From IMG/VR virus record IMGVR_UViG_3300042923_000281, positions 212,979 through 276,978 of that record: a DNA stretch of 64,000 nt. One strand, 5' to 3'. The position numbers and the translations under genes were made by a program. Shown piece by piece: positions 1-9,780 of the stretch. The notes under the pieces are model-generated. The model ran no database searches. It was not told the origin of the DNA and saw only the letters and a program-made list of their open reading frames with translations. The stretch's first letter is position 1. Each line of letters opens with the position of its first letter.

Positions 1-1151
1 TCGATCTGGGCTGCCAGCGAAGTCACCTTCAGCACAGCAGTCAGGCCCTTGCCCAGCGGAACACGTTTCTCGTAGAACGGGAACTCCGCTTGGTATTCAG
101 CCAGCCACTTCGCATCACGCTTGGCGCTACGAGAGGCCATCTTCAGCGCTTGGCTTGGGGTGATCTTGGCGCGGTCAACAAAGCCCATACGAGCAAAGTT
201 GATCAGCACTTCGTCGACGTGCTTGCACTTGTCTGGATCGGCCACGCATGGCTGACGCAGTGGGTAGCCGTCCGGGTACATCGCACAGGCCAGACCCCAC
301 ATCACTTGCTGGTAGTCACGGCTGCGGATCACTTCCATCAGCTCGTCAACGGTATCGCCGGTTTCGAAGGCGTAGTTGACGGAGACGATGTGCTCCAGCG
401 CGAATCGCATGTAGGTTTCAACGGTGTAGACTTCCACCGAGGAGAACACCATGCCGTTCGAGGAACGACCGAGGTTCATCTTCTCCATGCGGGTCTTCTG
501 TTCGAAGTCCAGCAGCGCTTGGATGGTCGGGGCACGGAATGTCACCCACAGACCAGTGTTCCACAGCGGCACCTGCACCATCGAGCCTTGGCCGAAGGTT
601 GCACGGATTGCCATGACCGGGTCTTTCATGTTGGCAGGCTTGACCTTACCAGCACCCAGACGGGTCTCGTTGTGCAGCACGGTGTTGTGCCAATCGCCTT
701 CACCGTCGATGCCGTCGAAGTACATGTCCTGCCACACGGCAGAAAGCGTACGGGACAGGTTCACCAGACGACGATCTTCCGGGGAGAGGGACTCAGCCTT
801 TTCTTTACTGAGTTCGTTCAGACCACGGTGATCCATGATCATTGCCATCTCGTCCATGCCCACTTTCAAAGCCACGAGGCCAGGACGTGCAGGGTCGAGT
901 GACTGACGCTTGAACATTGGTTCGGTCAGGGTGACGTGAGGGTTCGGTTTATCGAACTGATCCCACAACCCTTCGATTTCCATGGTGACTTCAGGTGTTT
1001 GTTCTGCTGGAGGCTTAGCAGTGGCCGCTGCTGTGGTGGCTTGGGCAAACGCATCAGCGCTCTGAGAGCTGTCAACGTTTGGCACCAAGTTGGACGTATC
1101 CAACTCCACCTCATCCATTCCTTCATTCTGGGGTTTCTGGTCGTCGCTCAT
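1..1151 (-). CDS. Conserved jumbo-phage protein, runs off the left edge (3' truncated); possibly T4 gp26/gp51-like hub or tail assembly protein
   Basis: Read manually (absent from the ORF track because there is no stop in the window). ATG at 1151 after GCAGGA; frame open to base 1: MSDDQKPQNEG...VPLWNTGLWVTFRAPT...YPDGYPLRQPCVADPDKC. Function is inference from motif spacing. Confidence 0.75.
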   Translation of the reverse strand, partial: MSDDQKPQNEGMDEVELDTSNLVPNVDSSQSADAFAQATTAAATAKPPAEQTPEVTMEIEGLWDQFDKPNPHVTLTEPMFKRQSLDPARPGLVALKVGMDEMAMIMDHRGLNELSKEKAESLSPEDRRLVNLSRTLSAVWQDMYFDGIDGEGDWHNTVLHNETRLGAGKVKPANMKDPVMAIRATFGQGSMVQVPLWNTGLWVTFRAPTIQALLDFEQKTRMEKMNLGRSSNGMVFSSVEVYTVETYMRFALEHIVSVNYAFETGDTVDELMEVIRSRDYQQVMWGLACAMYPDGYPLRQPCVADPDKCKHVDEVLINFARMGFVDRAKITPSQALKMASRSAKRDAKWLAEYQAEFPFYEKRVPLGKGLTAVLKVTSLAAQI

Positions 1152-1163
1152 GATCCTGCCTTA

Positions 1164-1547
1164 TTACGCAGTTTTCTTTTCGGAACGAACAAGATCACTG
1201 ATCAAATCCATCAGCTCACCGGAGTGAGGGGAGACGGTTGCAGTGGTCTGTTCAATGAAATCATAATAATCACCACCGGCCTTGAGCAGCACAGGGTGAT
1301 TAGGATTATTCAACACGGCTGACGTGATGTCGGCGCTGTGTTTGGCTTTGATCCCGTCGAGACGTTTCTTCATCTCTTCCAGATCACGTTTGATGATGCG
1401 GGTCAACTCAGCGACACGCTTGCCGTTCGGAGATTTACTCCAATCGTAGCGAGCTGCGTCTTGAGTGGTTGTAGCGAAACTGTGCAGTAGTCTCAAGGAC
1501 TGTTGGTGAAGGGACTGCAACCCCTGACTCCGTGTAAGCTTGGACAT
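1164..1547 (-). CDS. Hypothetical protein (127 aa)
   Basis: ORF with GGGG RBS-like site; co-oriented with and adjacent to the next gene. Confidence 0.7.
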   Translation of the reverse strand: MSKLTRSQGLQSLHQQSLRLLHSFATTTQDAARYDWSKSPNGKRVAELTRIIKRDLEEMKKRLDGIKAKHSADITSAVLNNPNHPVLLKAGGDYYDFIEQTTATVSPHSGELMDLISDLVRSEKKTA

Positions 1548-1644
1548 GATCTTTTAAACCCCAGTAATATGGAAAATGGACTGGCCAATTATTTGTACTT
1601 TACTCATAGTAGGTCGGCTAAACTTTTTTTATTAGGAAAACACA

Positions 1645-2481
1645 ATGTTCCAAGAACTCTCTGACATTCTTCTGGACAATGTGCACCCTGCCATCTACAG
1701 TGGAATGGTGACACTTACTCGGGCACTGGAAAAGCATCAAGCTGTCCAGTACAAGGAGCGCATCATTCAATTGCGGATGGATGCGAATAACCGTGAACCA
1801 CTCACCTTGACCGATGAGGCGATCTCGATCGTCTACGACCAGGTGCGTGCCCTGACCCAACAGATGAAAATCCAGTTGGAGTTGGACACCTTGAGCATGG
1901 ACAAGCTTTCCATGATCCTGGAGTGTCTGACCTTTACACCTAGCGATAATGATTCAGAGTATCTGGCAGCTTTGGATGCTGGAGAGGACTCTGAGGACAC
2001 GCTGCACGACATTCTGGCCATCTACATGCAGTGTGAGCCCATCGAATTGATGGAGTACGTCACAGGTGTGGACGGTGCGGTCATCGTGGCCATTCGTGAG
2101 ACCGTGGAACGTAACCTCAGCTACCTCGAGAAGGCAGAAGAGGGTGTGCAAGATGCGGTCGTGCTGCTGAACAAGTTCCAGACCCTCGTTGGGGACAAAC
2201 TGACGGTGGGCATGGAGTCGTTGCAGGCAGGTACTGAGGTAGGTGCGTCGGCTGAAGAGCTGGTGAACCAATCTCGCAGTCGTCTGGCTGACTTGCCGGC
2301 TGAAGACTTGGCAGATCAGTTGCTCTCCATTGCGATTATCGCCAAGACCCCACGCGATGCCCTGCAAGACGAAGTCATGTTCTTCGCAGAGAACATCATC
2401 CATGACCCGTTCATGGTTCAGAAGGCTTACAAGCGCGTTACCAAGCGCCTGAGTGAGTTGCCACCGGAGAATACGCCGTGA
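1645..2481 (+). CDS. Conserved acidic helical protein, probable virion protein (phiKZ gp79-like position)
   Basis: AGGAA RBS; GTGA overlap with the vRNAP subunit; synteny. Confidence 0.7.
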   Translation: MFQELSDILLDNVHPAIYSGMVTLTRALEKHQAVQYKERIIQLRMDANNREPLTLTDEAISIVYDQVRALTQQMKIQLELDTLSMDKLSMILECLTFTPSDNDSEYLAALDAGEDSEDTLHDILAIYMQCEPIELMEYVTGVDGAVIVAIRETVERNLSYLEKAEEGVQDAVVLLNKFQTLVGDKLTVGMESLQAGTEVGASAEELVNQSRSRLADLPAEDLADQLLSIAIIAKTPRDALQDEVMFFAENIIHDPFMVQKAYKRVTKRLSELPPENTP

Positions 2482-3824
2482 AGAAGCTTGACTTTTACAT
2501 TGATGCCCTCCAGGCAGGTGCGTACCGTCGTAAGGACTGGGTCATCAGTGCTTTTTCGGTGGTGCGTGAACAGGCCTCGTTTCATGGACCGGTTCCTGAG
2601 ACGCAAATGGGGGTGGGTGACCTTGCAGGGACCGAATTGTACTCGATCCGCTACGGTCGTGAGAGCACTGAGGTCTACGTGCCGACGTTGGCAGGTAATG
2701 AGTGGGTCTCCATTCAAGACACCGTGCCAATGACCCCGCTGTTCTACCCGGCTGATGAGTTGAACGTCACTCCGGCCATGATTCCGAACTGCAAAGCGGC
2801 CGTGGAGTCCACGTTTGGCGATATGCTGTTCAATTGGATCGCGTTGGTCGAGCCTTTCCATGATCGCATTGACTATCAAGTCGGTCCGGTGAAGATTGGC
2901 GCCATCGAACGGATCATTGCCAAGAAATTGGTGGACGATCCTGAGATCTCGGGTATCGAACCACGCCCTGACCAGATCCCGGTCAAGATGTACATGCGCT
3001 TTGGTCGTTGTGTCGGGGCCTTGGCGGGCTTTACACAGATCTTCGTGCCTACCTTGACGCCTAAGTCACTCCAGACCGACCCTCAAGTGCGGGTACGTCG
3101 GGGTGAACTGCTCGAAGAGAACGCTGATCGTCTCCATGACCCGGTTGTCGTGGCCAAGATCCAGAACGAACTCATCGACATGGACAAAGCGTGGCTTAAA
3201 GACGACCCGTCTGAAGGTTTCCTCCTGTCGAACAAGACTTGGGGTACGGCGCGTAAGCGGATGTTCCTCATCCACGGTCCTGAAGCAGGCTTTAACGAGG
3301 GCGGTAACGCTGAACTCGTGGTCAACTCGCTGGAAGAAGGCTGGGACACCGACAAACTGGTGGCCATGTTCAACTCCACACGGGCGGGTTCCTTCTATCG
3401 GGGTGCTCTGACAGCCCTCGGCGGGGAAGCGGTGAAGTTCTTCATGCGGGTGTTCCAGAACGTTGCCATTTCTGAAGAAGATTGTGGCTCCCGACTGGGT
3501 ATTGAACGCACCATCGAGAAAGGTCAGGGTGAATACTACGCTGGTCTGTGGGAAATCACCTCGACAGGTATTGCTCTGCTGACCGAAGAACGTGCGAAGA
3601 GTCTGGAAGGCAAGACCATCCGTACTCGTTCCCCTCAATTCTGCAAAACGGGCGGTACTGACTTCTGTGCGCGGTGTGTGGGTGATGCTCTGGCAGCCAT
3701 TCCATTCGCTATCGGTGCGGAAAGTACCTCCGTGGCTTCCAAGTTCATGGACATCATGATGGCCTCGGCTCACGCCAAGGAACTGAAGACGGCCAAACTG
3801 AACGTGCTGGAAGCATTTACCTAA
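2478..3824 (+). CDS. Virion RNA polymerase beta' subunit, middle part (phiKZ gp80-like)
   Basis: Bridge-helix-like RGALTALGGEAVKFFMR, DCGS, RSPQFC...CARCVG zinc site, trigger-loop-like MMASAH; GGAGA RBS before GTG. Confidence 0.88.
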   Translation: MKKLDFYIDALQAGAYRRKDWVISAFSVVREQASFHGPVPETQMGVGDLAGTELYSIRYGRESTEVYVPTLAGNEWVSIQDTVPMTPLFYPADELNVTPAMIPNCKAAVESTFGDMLFNWIALVEPFHDRIDYQVGPVKIGAIERIIAKKLVDDPEISGIEPRPDQIPVKMYMRFGRCVGALAGFTQIFVPTLTPKSLQTDPQVRVRRGELLEENADRLHDPVVVAKIQNELIDMDKAWLKDDPSEGFLLSNKTWGTARKRMFLIHGPEAGFNEGGNAELVVNSLEEGWDTDKLVAMFNSTRAGSFYRGALTALGGEAVKFFMRVFQNVAISEEDCGSRLGIERTIEKGQGEYYAGLWEITSTGIALLTEERAKSLEGKTIRTRSPQFCKTGGTDFCARCVGDALAAIPFAIGAESTSVASKFMDIMMASAHAKELKTAKLNVLEAFT

Positions 3825-3833
3825 GGGTGCCTC

Positions 3834-6749
3834 ATGAGCGACAAATACAACGGCAAATATCCCAAGGCGTGGACTCCGCAGGAGGTCGCAGCCTACAAAG
3901 AAACCGGGAACGAGCCTCCCAAGTCCAAGAACGGCTTGTGGGTAACTGATGGTGAACGCGAAGCCAAGGAGTTGAAGGACTGGACCTTGGCTGAACTGTT
4001 CGCACTGGCCAACGGTGAGCTGTATTCCTTCCACACCACCGGCAGTGACGACTTCTACGCTGCTGTCCGTGGCAAAGCGGTGCTGGATGATCGTGATGCT
4101 GTCAAGTGGGGTGAAGAAGACCTCTACAACTGGCTGGTGTTTGAACGTCCTCCGGCTAAAAGCCCGAACGGTTACTACATCAATGACCCGGAACGTTGGG
4201 TCAAAGATGCCAGCAAGTGGAACGACACTGAACTGTCGGATCTGGGGGCGGGTTACTTCGGGGAACCGGAGAAGAGCCAGCTCTACATCCTCGATGAGGC
4301 CTGTGAGCGCTTTGACTTGCCGCTCGGGATCACATGGGAAGACTTCTGTGCGTACATCACGACCAAAGCCAAACCTGCCCTGACTCACAACGACATCCTG
4401 GTCAATGACCGTAACCGTGTGGGTAAGGCGATTGCGGATTGGTCGGAAGCTGAGGTCGAAGCCTGGCTGCTGGATGAGATCGTTGTTGAAGATGAGCAAC
4501 GTTTGGCTCAGTTGCTGGCCCGGTGTGTGAAGTTGTTCGGTACAGGTCGTTACTGGACCAAGGACATGATCAAGGACTACGTCATTCGTGGTGCCGGTCC
4601 TGATGATCCCTTGGGTAACTGGCCCGACATTGACTACAGTCAGTACACTGACGAGCAGTTGACCATCCTGGCTGAAGAAGACAACGACACCGAAGCCCAG
4701 CATGAACTGCTGAGCCGCCACCCTGCGTTTGACCCACCACCGGAGCCTGAAGATGAACCAGCCCCAGTACCCCCTGTTGCCGAAGAACCTGACGACAGCG
4801 GAGCAGAGGAAGAAACTGGACTTGATCCAGAAGACGGAGGCCCTACTGGAGAGCCTGAGGAACCTGAACCTGAGCCGGATGCACCTAGCGATGACGATAG
4901 TGGCCCGGAGGAAGCGGAACCGGATGTTGAGGAACCGCCTACGGTGCTCTGGACGGATCTGGTGCCGGAAGGTACGCCACTCCATGAAGCGCTTGTCACT
5001 GGGACACCTGATGTCGTAATCGCCGACACCGATCGTCGACGTTTGCTCAGTGCCTCCAAGTGGACCCTCACTGAACTCATCGGTTGGGCACGGGGTGAAA
5101 TCTCCAACAGCCTGAACACCACTGACGACACTCTCATTACGGCTCTGCGAGTCGCTCTGGGGTCGTTTGTTACCAACTGGTCAAACGGTGCGGTAAAGAC
5201 CTTTGTCGTCTCTCAGGAGCTTCCTGCGGGCTTTGAGACAGGGGTTCTGGTTGAGGACTGCATCCGTGATCGCATGCACCCAGGTGACTGGCGTGAAGAG
5301 GAAGTCAAGGCATGGGCGGCGGGTAAAGTCATCACGACTGTTGCTGCTGACCGTATCCTCTTAGCGGCTCGGAATCGGTTCAGTATCCCAGACCGACTGA
5401 ACGACGAAGAAGTCAAGGAGTACATCGTGACAGGTATCATGCCTGATGACACGATTCCTCCGATCGAAGCGTGCAAGCCTGTGTCCAAGCGTCAACTGGA
5501 TGCGTGGCTCAAAGGTGAACTCCCGGCTGACAAGGCTGAGGAAGAGCGCCTGTTCGTGCAGGCTCGACAAGCGTACGGCATTGACATCCATTGGACCAAT
5601 GCTCACCTCCTTGCGTACATCCGTAACGGCTCCTCGCCCAAGCGTTTGCCCGATGGGACGCTGGTCGAAGATCGGATGCGGTGCAACGATGCATGCACCA
5701 ACTGGTCGTGGAAAGAACTGCGTGCCTTGGCAGCAGGCGAGCTCACTGCTCAGTTCACCATCACCGATGCCATGGACCGTATTCGTCGTTTGATCGACGT
5801 GCAGTTCGGGGTGAGTCCTGCTCACTGGTCGGACGACGATGTGCTGAACTACCTGCTCACCAACGAGAAGCCGAAGTCACTGGAAAGCGGGGTCTACATC
5901 AACGACCCTACCCGTCCAATGAAACAGGCCATCGAATGGCGTGACGCTGAACTCAAGGCATGGTTGCGGGGTGAGATCACCGAAACCGTCAAGGCTCCAG
6001 AGGACGTATTGTGGGACGAGATCTACGTTCGTTTCCGCGTTCCGTTGTTCTGGTACCGTGAGGATGCCAAATCGTATGTGCTGACCGGCAAGCAAGTACC
6101 TGCTACTCCATCAGGCATCTGGATACGTGACCGTAACCGTGATGCTCGTCCGGTGAAGCATTGGACACGTCGGGAAATCAAGGCCTGGTGCCGTGGGCAG
6201 ATCATGCCTTCGATCTCTGCCAGTCCTGAGACCATGATCAAGCGTGCTGCTGATCTCTTTGGGGTAACTACCCTGCTCGATGCTGATTCGATCAAGAAAC
6301 GGATCAGCTCTATCACTGAGGAATCCATGACCATGACCGTCAAATTTGTTGACAACGACCTGAAGTCGTACGAAGAAGGCCGTAAAGCCGCAGGCGACAA
6401 CGCTGCTGCTGCCGCGCCTTACCAGACGCTGCTGGACCGTTGCATCAGCCGTGTACTGCGCCTGGAAGGTGAAGACTTCGTGCAGGGTTGGACCGAACTG
6501 CTGAACTTCTTCCACAAGAACAGCAACGGCATCATGTCGCCGAAGAAGGTCTACACTGGCGTTGGCCAGATGTCGATCACTCCAAAAGGCCTGCGTCTGT
6601 TCAACAACATGACGTCGGTTCTGATGCAGACTGCTGATCCTGCGACCCGTGACCGCGCTGTCAAAGTCATCGAGTGGAACGCTTCCTTGAAAGAAGTGAC
6701 CAACGAGAAGACGCGTCAATCGCTGCTGGCGTACTACGGCCTCAGCTAA
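3834..6749 (+). CDS. 971-aa Trp-rich tandem-repeat protein with an acidic Pro/Glu linker and a distinct C-terminal domain
   Basis: About 9 degenerate repeats of W-x3-(E/D)...G-x3-D-x2-R...W-x3-E-(L/V/I)-x-AW-x2-G; PEPE-rich linker near 4730-4945. Confidence 0.85.
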   Translation: MSDKYNGKYPKAWTPQEVAAYKETGNEPPKSKNGLWVTDGEREAKELKDWTLAELFALANGELYSFHTTGSDDFYAAVRGKAVLDDRDAVKWGEEDLYNWLVFERPPAKSPNGYYINDPERWVKDASKWNDTELSDLGAGYFGEPEKSQLYILDEACERFDLPLGITWEDFCAYITTKAKPALTHNDILVNDRNRVGKAIADWSEAEVEAWLLDEIVVEDEQRLAQLLARCVKLFGTGRYWTKDMIKDYVIRGAGPDDPLGNWPDIDYSQYTDEQLTILAEEDNDTEAQHELLSRHPAFDPPPEPEDEPAPVPPVAEEPDDSGAEEETGLDPEDGGPTGEPEEPEPEPDAPSDDDSGPEEAEPDVEEPPTVLWTDLVPEGTPLHEALVTGTPDVVIADTDRRRLLSASKWTLTELIGWARGEISNSLNTTDDTLITALRVALGSFVTNWSNGAVKTFVVSQELPAGFETGVLVEDCIRDRMHPGDWREEEVKAWAAGKVITTVAADRILLAARNRFSIPDRLNDEEVKEYIVTGIMPDDTIPPIEACKPVSKRQLDAWLKGELPADKAEEERLFVQARQAYGIDIHWTNAHLLAYIRNGSSPKRLPDGTLVEDRMRCNDACTNWSWKELRALAAGELTAQFTITDAMDRIRRLIDVQFGVSPAHWSDDDVLNYLLTNEKPKSLESGVYINDPTRPMKQAIEWRDAELKAWLRGEITETVKAPEDVLWDEIYVRFRVPLFWYREDAKSYVLTGKQVPATPSGIWIRDRNRDARPVKHWTRREIKAWCRGQIMPSISASPETMIKRAADLFGVTTLLDADSIKKRISSITEESMTMTVKFVDNDLKSYEEGRKAAGDNAAAAAPYQTLLDRCISRVLRLEGEDFVQGWTELLNFFHKNSNGIMSPKKVYTGVGQMSITPKGLRLFNNMTSVLMQTADPATRDRAVKVIEWNASLKEVTNEKTRQSLLAYYGLS

Positions 6750-6800
6750 CAAAGAAAAAAGAAAGGAGACAGGAGCCCTAGGGCTCCTGTCTCTATTCCG
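6750..6800. terminator. Bidirectional terminator hairpin between convergent genes
   Basis: GAGACAGGAGCCC-TA-GGGCTCCTGTCTC; A-tract on the left, TATTCCG on the right. Confidence 0.85.
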
Positions 6801-7139
6801 TCAGATCGAGATTTCGATGATGTTCTGCCAGTTGTTCAACTGCTCGTGGTTGTAGCTGTACAACATGGTGAAGTGCATGCTCACGTAGCCTTGCTCGTAG
6901 TGCTTGCGTTGAATTACGCTCAGCACTTTGTAGAGATCCTTCTTGTGCTCTGTCTCTTGTTCCCAGCCAACCTTACTATCCAGCGGAAACACCGTCAGAT
7001 AGGTCCCGCCATTGGGAGCGCAGGTGTGAAGCCCGCTATGGGCTAAGCCAAGTTCGTCACACTTGGCCATCACTTGCTCCATCCCGTTGCGATCGGACGT
7101 TGACATCACGTGCAACGTCCTGAATCCGTACTCACTCAT
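6801..7139 (-). CDS. Hypothetical protein (112 aa)
   Basis: GGAGAAGG RBS; last gene of the HD-protein operon. Confidence 0.75.
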   Translation of the reverse strand: MSEYGFRTLHVMSTSDRNGMEQVMAKCDELGLAHSGLHTCAPNGGTYLTVFPLDSKVGWEQETEHKKDLYKVLSVIQRKHYEQGYVSMHFTMLYSYNHEQLNNWQNIIEISI

Positions 7140-7150
7140 TACCTTCTCCC

Positions 7151-7747
7151 TTACAACAATGCGATTTCATCACGCTGCTTTTGCAGCTCTTCACCAAAGC
7201 ACGTCAGGTACATTTCAGGATAGCGTGCATAACCGCTCATCCCAAACTTCTCCTTTAGATGCTTGACCGATTCTTCATACCGCTGATCTTCCGACTGTTC
7301 CGGATGATGCGCCACGCGATACAGAATGGCTCGTTCCAGCATATCCGAGACATTCCCCGGCATCATTCGATCAGCTGCGTTAATCAGCTCACAGAACTGA
7401 CTGTGGAACGATCCTTTGAACGATGCCCGATGCTGATGACACCCCCATGCGACCATCTTTGTTTCCAATGGATCAAGGTTATCAAGGATCACCGGATGAT
7501 CCGTGCTCATCATCCAATGAAAACTCAATTCATGATGATTCACCCGACTCCACGCAAACATATCGTGAAAGTACGCTGCAAACAGAATCAGCTTTGGATC
7601 ATACCCAAAGTCCATTCGGTTACTGATTGCAGTACCACATTGAAACACCGCTTCAAAGTGATTCTCTCGATGCGCTTTATCATTCAGCTCCCACACATGT
7701 GAGAATCCCTTAATGATCTCTTGACGCCATTCGGGAATATTCTTCAC
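7151..7747 (-). CDS. HD-domain metal-dependent phosphohydrolase
   Basis: HRENH...AAYFHD...HHELS...HQHRAS...AADR motifs; AAGGAG RBS, GTG start. Confidence 0.85.
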   Translation of the reverse strand: MKNIPEWRQEIIKGFSHVWELNDKAHRENHFEAVFQCGTAISNRMDFGYDPKLILFAAYFHDMFAWSRVNHHELSFHWMMSTDHPVILDNLDPLETKMVAWGCHQHRASFKGSFHSQFCELINAADRMMPGNVSDMLERAILYRVAHHPEQSEDQRYEESVKHLKEKFGMSGYARYPEMYLTCFGEELQKQRDEIALL

Positions 7748-7780
7748 TGCTCACTCCTTGGTGATGGTTATCTCACTCTT

Positions 7781-7807
7781 ACAATGTAGTGCTACAGATT
7801 CTTGGAA
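7781..7807 (-). promoter_or_regulatory. Putative phage early promoter
   Basis: TTCCAA-N13-TACATTGT upstream of the HD gene. Confidence 0.65.
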
Positions 7808-7809
7808 TC

Positions 7810-7848
7810 AAAAAAGAAAGGGAGGGCCGAAGCCCTCTCCTTTTATTC
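7810..7848 (-). terminator. Intrinsic terminator
   Basis: GAGAGGGC-TTCG-GCCCTCCC followed by TTTCTTTTTT on the minus strand. Confidence 0.85.
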
Positions 7849-8223
7849 GTAAGCGAACCGGATGTAGATCTGGAGTTGCTCCGTCAGGTACTTGACCTTG
7901 GCGGTGGAGAACAGCAATTGGTCCAGAGCACCGTACATGTACGACGGGTCTTCAGGACTGATCTGGTGACGGTCTTGCCAGTAGCGCTGCAAGTGTTCCA
8001 GCTTCAGTTTCGTGGTCGGGTAGGAAGGCATCTCAGGCTTCCAGCCTTCCTGTTCGATCAAGTGATGAGCAGCCTGAACGCCACCGAACAATGCGTAACG
8101 GCACTGGTCAATGATCTCAGGATCGACGGAGACCTTGTTGGCAGTGAGGACAGCTTCCAGCTCTGCCAAGGCAGTGACGTGCAAATGCCAGTGGACCTGA
8201 CGTGCACCGATTGAATTGTTCAT
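7843..8223 (-). CDS. Hypothetical protein (126 aa)
   Basis: GAGG RBS; tightly packed operon. Confidence 0.75.
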   Translation of the reverse strand: MNNSIGARQVHWHLHVTALAELEAVLTANKVSVDPEIIDQCRYALFGGVQAAHHLIEQEGWKPEMPSYPTTKLKLEHLQRYWQDRHQISPEDPSYMYGALDQLLFSTAKVKYLTEQLQIYIRFAYE

Positions 8224-8228
8224 GCTGC

Positions 8229-9239
8229 TTAGACCTCTTTCATTGATAGTTCGTGTCTGGTCAGAAGGTCATCAGCGATGCCATCCATGTCGTTCAGCAG
8301 GTCGTTAACCAGCAATGGGTTACGGTACCAGTCATTGATGTAGACGATGCCATCACGAGCGTTTACATCGTCTATGCCGACTGAACTGATGTAGACGATG
8401 TCACTGATGCCACCGCGAGCACTGTAGTCCCAGTCACGCTTGGATGATAACTTCACGCGGTAACCACGCCATTCAAACCAGGTATGGTTGACCTCATACT
8501 TGGTATACATCTCGCCGGCCAACAGTATCCGTAACTGATTGAAAGCACTTTCACCAGCGCCTTCTTCAGGGTTAGCCTGAGTGCCCCAGTAATGATCCAT
8601 CAAGAGCCATTCGAGCTTCTCTGGAGGTTCACGATGCTCAGTACCCACCATGTATTCGTACAGGGGAGTGTAGAGCATCTTGTCCAGGTAAGCTGCCTCG
8701 ACGGTAACCCCGTATGGCTTCTCGAACAACGGGCAGGTCAACAGTCCCTTGTTCTGGTGGAATTCCGGAAGCGTCAGTTGCATCTCGTTATTGTCCCAAC
8801 AGAAGACCGTTTCACCTGTCCTCATGTCGACCGTTACCTGATCATGCTCAGGGTCGTAGGTGTTGAACACGAATTCATCGTCCCCGTCACGCTCTTCCGG
8901 ACGGTTGACCATCCAGTAGTCCATGATCGCTCTCAGCGGACGACTTGGGGATCGGTTCCAATGCTCAGCAGCTAGGTTTTCGATGATCGGTTCTTTACGA
9001 GGCACCCCGATCTTCTTGCCAGTCTGCATTGTGTACAGTTTGGCCCACGGACTTTCGCCGAAGAACAGTTCAGAGCGCATTCCGCCCATCATCTGATTGA
9101 ACACGTTACGCAGGTCCATACCCATCATCTGGAGCACTGGCACCAACTGAGGATACGACGATGATAGCGAGTTGCCCATCAGGTTACGGGCGAGATTCTC
9201 GGCCATGTTCATGACCATTTCTTCGTTATCAGGAAGCAT
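8229..9239 (-). CDS. Hypothetical protein (336 aa, Met-rich N-terminus)
   Basis: Long ORF in the operon; GGGG RBS. Confidence 0.8.
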   Translation of the reverse strand: MLPDNEEMVMNMAENLARNLMGNSLSSSYPQLVPVLQMMGMDLRNVFNQMMGGMRSELFFGESPWAKLYTMQTGKKIGVPRKEPIIENLAAEHWNRSPSRPLRAIMDYWMVNRPEERDGDDEFVFNTYDPEHDQVTVDMRTGETVFCWDNNEMQLTLPEFHQNKGLLTCPLFEKPYGVTVEAAYLDKMLYTPLYEYMVGTEHREPPEKLEWLLMDHYWGTQANPEEGAGESAFNQLRILLAGEMYTKYEVNHTWFEWRGYRVKLSSKRDWDYSARGGISDIVYISSVGIDDVNARDGIVYINDWYRNPLLVNDLLNDMDGIADDLLTRHELSMKEV

Positions 9240-9244
9240 CTACA

Positions 9245-9730
9245 TTACCCCAGGTTGAATTTCTTTGGTTCATCGACAGTGATGCCCAGTCGAGCCATCG
9301 CAGACTGAGCGAAGAAGTCTTTTCGAATATCCGCTAGATTGTGCTCCCAGACACGCTTTGCATATTGCTCGAACACGTCGGGGTTCCGCTTGGGCATGTC
9401 CTTTATCAGGAGACGTCTCGCCTTGGCTTGTTCGTTGAGCAGTAGCTGGAACTGTTCTTGCCAGTCGATCTCATCCATGGCGTCCTTGCAGACACAGGAG
9501 AAGCCGTGCGGATCGGCACCAACGCAGGACTGGATTGGGAACGCCCGGTTACCGCAGAAGACGCAGAAGCGGGTGTGGGTGTGGACACCCATCGTCGAAG
9601 TGGGTTTCGCCTCACTAATCGGGTCCCAGCTTGTCTTGTAGCCTGTGTTGCCGTCACCATGACTGGTGCCCACGAAACCCCTGCTGAAATGCTTGTGGGA
9701 TCTCGGGTCAGCGTATTCTGGAATAGCCAT
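9245..9730 (-). CDS. Hypothetical protein with CxxC...CxC zinc-ribbon-like motif
   Basis: FCVFCG...FSCVC; AGGAG RBS. Confidence 0.75.
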   Translation of the reverse strand: MAIPEYADPRSHKHFSRGFVGTSHGDGNTGYKTSWDPISEAKPTSTMGVHTHTRFCVFCGNRAFPIQSCVGADPHGFSCVCKDAMDEIDWQEQFQLLLNEQAKARRLLIKDMPKRNPDVFEQYAKRVWEHNLADIRKDFFAQSAMARLGITVDEPKKFNLG

Positions 9731-9752
9731 TACTTGCTCCTAACCGAATAGA

Positions 9753-9774
9753 TGGGAGGACCGAAGTCCTCCCA
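9753..9774 (-). terminator. UUCG-loop hairpin (terminator or stabiliser)
   Basis: TGGGAGGAC-TTCG-GTCCTCCCA, followed by TCTATTCGG. Confidence 0.6.
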
Positions 9775-9780
9775 CTTGAA

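Noticed and set aside
90-902. 270-aa plus-strand ORF
   Set aside because: Antisense shadow of the real minus-strand gene at 1-1151.
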